From Pontiella sp. (lineage in GTDB: Bacteria > Verrucomicrobiota > Kiritimatiellia > Kiritimatiellales > Pontiellaceae), in NCBI GenBank assembly GCA_050290185.1, contig JBNKHE010000002.1, forward strand, positions 288,001 through 352,000: a stretch of DNA of 64,000 bases. Direction: 5' to 3'. The position numbers and the translations under genes were made by a program. Below, one piece after another: positions 57,836 to 64,000 of this stretch. The first letter of the stretch is position 1. Every line of letters begins with the position of its first letter. The notes beneath the pieces were generated by a model. That model saw nothing but the letters and a program-made list of their open reading frames with translations, was not told the origin of the DNA and did not search any database.

Positions 57836-58285
57836 TTATTTCCCTGTTAACAGTTCATAGATCTCGGCATGGGTTCTGGCGGCTAGAAGCTTTTCACGTT
57901 CCGCTGGCTGGCTGATTAGTCGGCTTACTTCGGCCAAAAACTGCATATGCGGACCTGCCCGTTTGACGGGCGAAAGGGTTAAAATAAAAATTTTGCAGGG
58001 GGATCCATCCATTGAATCGAAGTTTACTCCCGCCTTCTGAAGTCCGACGGCTGCCACCAGAGAGTTTACCGCATCCGTTTTCCCATGCGGGATCGCCACG
58101 CCGTTCTGCATTCCGGTCGACATCTTTTCTTCACGCTCGAGTACCGCCTGCAACACGACATCCCTATCCGTAATCTTGCCGGCAGCGACCAGACGATCAA
58201 CCATCTCCTCGATGATGCCTTCCTTGGTGTCGGCCTTCAAATCAACCCATACAGCATCCGGTGACAGCACTTTTTTCAGATTCAT
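57836..58285 (-). CDS. Stand-alone PTS IIA (Fru/Ntr-type) protein
   Basis: ERE.KMSTG...GVAIPH.K, FDSMDG.P, H...LA. Confidence 0.9.
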   Translation of the reverse strand: MNLKKVLSPDAVWVDLKADTKEGIIEEMVDRLVAAGKITDRDVVLQAVLEREEKMSTGMQNGVAIPHGKTDAVNSLVAAVGLQKAGVNFDSMDGSPCKIFILTLSPVKRAGPHMQFLAEVSRLISQPAEREKLLAARTHAEIYELLTGK

Positions 58286-58564
58286 CTTACACGAGCTCCA
58301 ACGTAGACAATAACATATCGATTGTGATCAGAAAGACTATGAGGTCAACAGTTTTCTCCGATTCGCAATACATATTCGCCCGGTTACGCGGCACAGGAAA
58401 CAATCACCTAGTAAATCGTACTAGTTTTTGGATTAATACTTTATTGCTCTTGTTGCCCCAGAATCATATGCCTTCAATATCTGCAGTAATGGATGCGGAG
58501 CCAGAGCCGGTGTCTGGCTTATTCGGGGGCGATCCTGATAGGGATCTGCCGATTTGAGGAAAGC

Positions 58565-58948
58565 ATGTATCATATAGAAAAAGAAGCCGACTGTTTGTCT
58601 GTGGTCTTCAAAGGCGACTTTGATTTCAGCACGGTCAAATGCATCATTAATGATCTGCTCATCACACCTGAATTTTGCTGCTGCCACGATATTTGGATGG
58701 TAGGCAAACACCGTGCCCAGGTCCGTCTGGGGGAAATCCAGAGCATTGTCGAAAATTTCAGCAAACTCTGCCCCAAGAATGCGTGTAATAAAAAAACCGC
58801 CTTCGTGGCTGAGCCCGGACTCACCTCGGCCATCCTTGAGCTGCTGGCATCAGGCCTGGATCGGAAACTTCCTCTGTCCTGCCGCATTTTTGAAACGCGC
58901 GAGGCCGCCGAAGAGTGGTTGGGATTCAAGAAAAGCAGTCTGACCTAG
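58565..58948 (+). CDS. Hypothetical SpoIIAA/STAS-SEC14-like protein
   Basis: KTAFVA...RIFETREAAEEWL; GAGG RBS before ATG 58565. Confidence 0.6.
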   Translation: MYHIEKEADCLSVVFKGDFDFSTVKCIINDLLITPEFCCCHDIWMVGKHRAQVRLGEIQSIVENFSKLCPKNACNKKTAFVAEPGLTSAILELLASGLDRKLPLSCRIFETREAAEEWLGFKKSSLT

Positions 58949-59292
58949 CCATCGTCTTTGGCGTTAGTCCCGTGCGATTTCCATTCATCGATACGCGTTA
59001 GAATCCAAAGTGAAACCCCTGAACGATAGGCCGCACGGGCGATCATGTGCGCCGCCACGGGTGCCGTTAGTAGAAAGAACGCAATCACGACCACGCCCTT
59101 CGAGGTCACCGAGATCGTGTTGAAATGGATCATCATGCCGATGGTAATGGCGCTCACGCCCACGGTGCCGGTCTTGGTGGCGGCATGCATGCGAGTGAAC
59201 AGGTCGGGCATGCGCAACACGCCGGCTGCGGCAATCAGCGTAAGAATTCCTCCTAGAAGCAGAAACAGACATGTCAGAATTTCCCGGATCAT
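58945..59292 (-). CDS. mrpG: Mrp antiporter subunit G
   Basis: GVLRMPDLFTRMHAATK, LTAPVAAH..ARAA. Confidence 0.92.
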   Translation of the reverse strand: MIREILTCLFLLLGGILTLIAAAGVLRMPDLFTRMHAATKTGTVGVSAITIGMMIHFNTISVTSKGVVVIAFFLLTAPVAAHMIARAAYRSGVSLWILTRIDEWKSHGTNAKDDG

Positions 59293-59561
59293 TGCGCACC
59301 GCCTTTCTGGATATAGATCGCGAGCGATACCGTCCCGACAAACGAAAGCAACGCAATGCTGATGGCCGCCGGTATGTAGTAGAAGGAACCTGACTCCACG
59401 CAATGCGTTAGGATCAGCGCCACGACGATAGTGGACGACATGTCCAGCGCAATCACCCGGTCGGCCAAGGTAGGTCCGATGGCGACGCGCACAAACGTGG
59501 CAATCAATGCAACGAGCAACAGCAGCAAAATGATAGGGCAAACGAATTCAACCATGTCCAT
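59289..59561 (-). CDS. mrpF: Mrp antiporter subunit F
   Basis: RV.IGPT.ADRVIALD, ALLSFVGT. Confidence 0.9.
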   Translation of the reverse strand: MDMVEFVCPIILLLLLVALIATFVRVAIGPTLADRVIALDMSSTIVVALILTHCVESGSFYYIPAAISIALLSFVGTVSLAIYIQKGGAQ

Positions 59562-60037
59562 TACCTCAGCAATTCCAGTAAGCGGCGTTCCAGTCCGTCC
59601 TTGATTTCCTTGCGCAAATCGTCGGGATTGACGACATACATGGCGTGGATATACAGCGTTTTTCGGTCCGGCGACACATCGAGGCTCAAGGTGCCGGGCG
59701 TGAGCGAAATAATGTTGGCCAACATGGTGATTTCCAGATCGGTCTTGGCATCGAGGGGAATGCCTATCACCCCTGGCCGCATCAGCGGCAACGGCTTGAC
59801 CACATCCTGCGCAACGCGCCACGTCGATGCCAGCAGTTCCTTGGTGAAGACGAGAATGAAGATGATCAGTTGTAGTGATTTCTGGAAGTACGATGTCTTC
59901 AGCTCGGTCGCCGGATAAAGCACCGCGAGCGACAGATAGCCCAGCACAAAACCAACGCCGAGATTTCCCACGGAAACGTATCCCGTGAGCAACGCCCAAA
60001 ACATCGAAAGCAGCACATTGGTCAGGAACAGACTCAT
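59561..60037 (-). CDS. mrpE: Mrp antiporter subunit E
   Basis: PG...PL, LAN.ISLTPGTL, LYIHA, LER.L. Confidence 0.92.
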   Translation of the reverse strand: MSLFLTNVLLSMFWALLTGYVSVGNLGVGFVLGYLSLAVLYPATELKTSYFQKSLQLIIFILVFTKELLASTWRVAQDVVKPLPLMRPGVIGIPLDAKTDLEITMLANIISLTPGTLSLDVSPDRKTLYIHAMYVVNPDDLRKEIKDGLERRLLELLR

Positions 60038-61536
60038 GGATTGCCACCTCCCAATACAGCCTGGATATAGCCGGATGGATTCATGAGTTGCTCCGCGGCA
60101 ACTTCCGAAATATCGAACACCGCCCCCGCCAGAAAACCGATCGCCACCGTTATGGCAGCAAGTACCATCATCGGCGACAAAAAGCCACGCCAGCGGGACA
60201 CGGTCATCCCATGGCAGTCCGGCAAGGCGTCAGGAGCCGCCTTCCAGAATGCGTTGGCCCATATCTTCGTCATGGAGAAAAGGGTCAACAGACTGACGAT
60301 CAAGGCAACCGAAACGATCATCCACGACTGTGCCTGAAGGCCGGCAATCACCAAGATCAGCTTGGCGAAGAACCCGGAGAGCGGTGGGACACCGGCTAGC
60401 GACATCGCGGGAATCATGAACAGGATGGCTAGGCCGGGGCGCTCCTTGTAGAGCCCCCCAAGCACGTTGAGATCATAGCTGCCCTTCAGCCGTTTCACCG
60501 CGCCGGCCACCAGAAACAGATTGGTTTTCACGACAATATGGTGGATCAGATAGAAGATGGTTCCCGTCAGGGCCAGCTTGGTGAAAAGCCCGAGTCCCAT
60601 CACCATGTATCCAATCTGGCTGACGATGTGGAAAGAGAGTATTCGGCGGATTTCGTGTTGCGAGGCGGCACCCAGCACACCGCAAAGCATCGTTAGCCCG
60701 GCCCCGATCAAGATCAACTCATGCAGAAATTCAGGATCGTTGCAGAAAATGAGCGTAAAGACGCGAACGAGCGCATAGACGCCCACCTTGGTCAATAGAC
60801 CGGCAAAGAGGGCGGACACGGAGGCCGGCGGCGTTGGATAGCTGGCCGGCAACCATGAAAACAGCGGGAACATGCCGGCCTTGATTCCAAATGCCATCAT
60901 GAACATAACCGCCGTCATCGTGACGAGGCCACCCCCGTCCCCTTCCCGGACCACCACCGCAAGCTGGGCCATGTTGAGCGTGCCGGCCATGCCATACAGA
61001 ATGCCGACGCCGGCCAGGAACAGTGCCGATGAAAGGAGGTTGAGTGCGACGTATTTGATCGAACCGGCCATCTGCGCTTTTTCACCACCAAGGGCGAGCA
61101 GAATGAACGATGCGGTCAGCAGTACTTCAAACCACACATACATGTTGAAGAGGTCGCCCGTCACAAAGGCGCCATTCACGCCCATCATCATGATCAGGCA
61201 GAGCGGATAGAAGCCGAAGCGGATGCGCGGCTGGTCGAGATCGAAGCAGGCGTAGATGGAAACCGACAAGGCCATCAAACCTCCAAGCACCAGCATGATG
61301 CTCGACAGGGTATCCACCGCCATGGTGATGCCGAACGGCGCCTCCCAGTTGCCCAGGTTCATCACTGCCACATGGCCTGAACGGGTATGGCCCAGCAGGA
61401 CCAAGGCGATGGCGAGCATCAGGGCCGAGGTCGAGATGCCGATTACCTGTTGCAGGCGCAGGCTTCGGCGAAACAGCATGCAGAGGATGCCGCCGGCCAG
61501 GGGAACCAGAATGGGGAGCACCGGGAGGAGATTCAT
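60034..61536 (-). CDS. mrpD: Mrp antiporter subunit D
   Basis: [49 protein letters not shown]. Confidence 0.93.
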   Translation of the reverse strand: MNLLPVLPILVPLAGGILCMLFRRSLRLQQVIGISTSALMLAIALVLLGHTRSGHVAVMNLGNWEAPFGITMAVDTLSSIMLVLGGLMALSVSIYACFDLDQPRIRFGFYPLCLIMMMGVNGAFVTGDLFNMYVWFEVLLTASFILLALGGEKAQMAGSIKYVALNLLSSALFLAGVGILYGMAGTLNMAQLAVVVREGDGGGLVTMTAVMFMMAFGIKAGMFPLFSWLPASYPTPPASVSALFAGLLTKVGVYALVRVFTLIFCNDPEFLHELILIGAGLTMLCGVLGAASQHEIRRILSFHIVSQIGYMVMGLGLFTKLALTGTIFYLIHHIVVKTNLFLVAGAVKRLKGSYDLNVLGGLYKERPGLAILFMIPAMSLAGVPPLSGFFAKLILVIAGLQAQSWMIVSVALIVSLLTLFSMTKIWANAFWKAAPDALPDCHGMTVSRWRGFLSPMMVLAAITVAIGFLAGAVFDISEVAAEQLMNPSGYIQAVLGGGNP

Positions 61537-61880
61537 TCGTCATCCTCCTTAAGGGCGTCCAGGTCGTCGGTTCCGACCGTTTCATAGGTGCGGAGAAACA
61601 GGACCAGTGCAAAGGCCGTAACCGCAAAACTAATAACAATGGCCGTCAGGATCAACGCCTGCGGCAGCGGATCGGAAGGCTGGCTCGCCAACACCATATC
61701 CCCTTCCGGAATGATTGGCGGCTCACCCTTTCGTAGCCCCCCCGCCGTGAAGATCAGGAGATTGGCTCCATGGCTCAGCAAACCCAGTCCAATAATGAGC
61801 TGAACCAGGTTGCGGCGCATCATCATATAGAGGCCGCCGGTGTAGAGGGTGCCGATTACGATGGCAAGGAGCACTTCCAT
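61533..61880 (-). CDS. mrpC: Mrp antiporter subunit C
   Basis: [25 protein letters not shown] at 61880. Confidence 0.92.
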   Translation of the reverse strand: MEVLLAIVIGTLYTGGLYMMMRRNLVQLIIGLGLLSHGANLLIFTAGGLRKGEPPIIPEGDMVLASQPSDPLPQALILTAIVISFAVTAFALVLFLRTYETVGTDDLDALKEDDE

Positions 61881-62293
61881 TATTCCTCCTCCCCCAGTCC
61901 AAACACCAGTGTGAGCAAAACGCCGAGCACCACGAAATAAACGCCGAAATCGAAGATAGTGGGTGTGCCGATGTGCAGTTCCGCACCGAGCAGGTGCACA
62001 TCCCACCACTCGCCGGTCAGGAAGGGATGGCCCAGCAACAAAGCCGGCAATCCGCTGCATAGCGCAATCGCCAATCCAACAGCCGTCACGTCGCGTGGGT
62101 CGTAACGCAGCAGCAACCGCGCGGAAGGAACGCCGTTGGCCAGCGCATAAAGCGAGAAAGCCGATCCGGCAAAAAGCCCCCCAACGAATCCGCCGCCGGG
62201 AAAGTGGTGGCCGCGCAACAGGACATAGACCGAAAAAACCAGTAGCGGCGGGAACATGTAGCGGGTGGCCGTGCGGAGAATCATCGAACTCAT
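61880..62293 (-). CDS. mrpB: Mrp antiporter subunit B
   Basis: [22 protein letters not shown]. Confidence 0.92.
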   Translation of the reverse strand: MSSMILRTATRYMFPPLLVFSVYVLLRGHHFPGGGFVGGLFAGSAFSLYALANGVPSARLLLRYDPRDVTAVGLAIALCSGLPALLLGHPFLTGEWWDVHLLGAELHIGTPTIFDFGVYFVVLGVLLTLVFGLGEEE

Positions 62294-64000
62294 GCTTCGT
62301 CCTCCTTCTTGCGGGGACGTAGTTTTAAGAGGGCGTAGGCCCCCATGGCGGCAATGGTCATTACCGTGATTTCCCCGAGGGTGTCGAACCCGCGGAAATC
62401 GACCAGGATCACATTAACGATATTACGTCCATGCGCCTCTGTATAGCTGCTTTCCAGATAGTAGTCGGAGACCGGCGTGGGGTTTTGTACGACGAGCGCG
62501 GCCAGCACGAGCATCGTTACCACCACGCCTGCGGATATGGACACCGCCAGATCGATGAGGCGGGTGCGCTTGGTGGATGCATTGGTGAACTGCGGGAGAT
62601 GATAGAACGCCAACGCCAGCAGAATCACGGTTAACGTCTCGATCACCAACTGGGTCATGGCCAAATCGGGTGCCCCGTAGAACGTAAACAGCAGCGCCAT
62701 ACCGAATCCCACCGTGCCCATGCAGAGAATCGATCGAAGCCGCGACTTGGAATATACGGTCGCAAAGGCGGCAGCGATCATGAGGAGACTGACCAACAAT
62801 ACCGGAATTGACAAAGCCGACAGCCCTTCGATCCGCTCAAGGCCTCCGACACGGAAAAAGGCCATGGCAACCAACAGCGTAGAAGTGATGACCGCATAGC
62901 GTATGTAGTGCCGCAACGTTCCGGTTTGGATTTTCCGCGTCTGCCACGCCGCAAACCGGAGGGTTGCATTCAGGAGCGTTTCATAGACCGCATCCGGCCC
63001 GAAACGTCCGAGTCCGGACAGCCGACCGCCCAGACGAACGAACCGCGGCCGCAACAGGTAGCACACGCAACCGATCGCCAGTGTAACGAGGCTGATCATG
63101 AGATATTTATTGAAGCCGGCCCAAAGATGCAAATGGACGTGCTGTTCTTCGGCGGTCACCGCCGCAGCGACAGGCTCGATGAGCGAATGGCCAACGGTTC
63201 CGCAAACAAAAGCCAATACCAGCGAGCCTACGCCGAGTACCATCGGCCCCATGCGCATCGACCACGGCATTTCGTGGGCGTGCAGTTCTGCCGGGCGCGT
63301 TCCCGCAAACGGTTTCAAACCCACTGAGAAGCCGACAAGCACATAGGCCGCGCCTCCGATCACCGTCGCAACGATCAGGGCCGGATGATGCCCCAGTGCA
63401 TGCAACCAGGTTTCCTTCGCCACGAAACCGAAAAACGGAGGGAAACCACCCATCGACAAACCGGCAAGCAACGCACATGCAAACGATACCGGCATGGCAT
63501 GGCGCAGGCCGCCGAGCTTATCGACCGAGGTTTCGCCGCCGGTTTCATGCGTAATGCCGCCGGCGACCAGGAAAAGCGTGGCTTTGTAGAAGGCGTGCGC
63601 CAGAATGAATGCGGCCATAGCCTTGATGGTTTCCTCGGTCCCAATCCCCAGCAGCATCACCATCGCCCCGAGGGCGGAGACTGTGCTGTAGGCCAGAAGG
63701 CGCTTCAGCACATGCTGCCCCAGCGCCATGATCGCGCCGAGCAGAAATGTTGTCGTTCCAATCACAGTCAGAATCCAGTGCCACTCTTCCGCACCACCAA
63801 GCGCGGGATGCAGGCGGGCCAGCAAATACACGCCGGCCTTCACCATGGTGGAGGAGTGCAGATAGGCGCTCGCTGGAGTCGGTGCTTGCATGGCATTCGG
63901 CAACCAGAAATGGAAGGGAAACTGCGCCGATTTGGTGAAGGCACCGATGCAGACCAGTATAAGGATCGGCAAGTAGTGCGCATGCGCCTTCAGTTCCGCC
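62290..64000 (-). CDS. mrpA: Mrp antiporter subunit A (5' end outside the window)
   Basis: [52 protein letters not shown]. Confidence 0.93.
   Translation of the reverse strand, partial: AELKAHAHYLPILILVCIGAFTKSAQFPFHFWLPNAMQAPTPASAYLHSSTMVKAGVYLLARLHPALGGAEEWHWILTVIGTTTFLLGAIMALGQHVLKRLLAYSTVSALGAMVMLLGIGTEETIKAMAAFILAHAFYKATLFLVAGGITHETGGETSVDKLGGLRHAMPVSFACALLAGLSMGGFPPFFGFVAKETWLHALGHHPALIVATVIGGAAYVLVGFSVGLKPFAGTRPAELHAHEMPWSMRMGPMVLGVGSLVLAFVCGTVGHSLIEPVAAAVTAEEQHVHLHLWAGFNKYLMISLVTLAIGCVCYLLRPRFVRLGGRLSGLGRFGPDAVYETLLNATLRFAAWQTRKIQTGTLRHYIRYAVITSTLLVAMAFFRVGGLERIEGLSALSIPVLLVSLLMIAAAFATVYSKSRLRSILCMGTVGFGMALLFTFYGAPDLAMTQLVIETLTVILLALAFYHLPQFTNASTKRTRLIDLAVSISAGVVVTMLVLAALVVQNPTPVSDYYLESSYTEAHGRNIVNVILVDFRGFDTLGEITVMTIAAMGAYALLKLRPRKKEDEA

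Overview
A gene-dense, GC-rich bacterial chromosomal window. Its protein families and repeat types suggest the PVC superphylum, probably Kiritimatiellota or Verrucomicrobiota (inference). It carries housekeeping genes (aminopeptidase P, ruvC, acnB, def, mtnA, prmA, uvrD/pcrA, tRNA-Thr(CGT), proC, yggS, holA, gloB, thiF, trpB2 and an Mrp antiporter operon), a nonaheme cytochrome c/NrfC/NrfD redox module and several large secreted LamG proteins. Three features stand out. (1) An apparently intact REP-associated tyrosine transposase (RAYT, HUH Y1) domain is embedded in frame inside a B12-binding radical SAM gene, bounded by perfect 30-bp direct repeats built from REP palindromes that are themselves translated. 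(2) A GxxExxY nuclease gene bracketed by 24-bp inverted repeats splits the yggS-proC pair. A second, internally deleted GxxExxY remnant between similar inverted repeats and several empty repeat pairs suggest an autonomous/non-autonomous mobile family. (3) A ~9-kb integrase-free island of secreted LamG/RCC1 proteins is delimited by a duplicated 3' end of uvrD. All calls come from reading the sequence and ORF track; no database searches were run.
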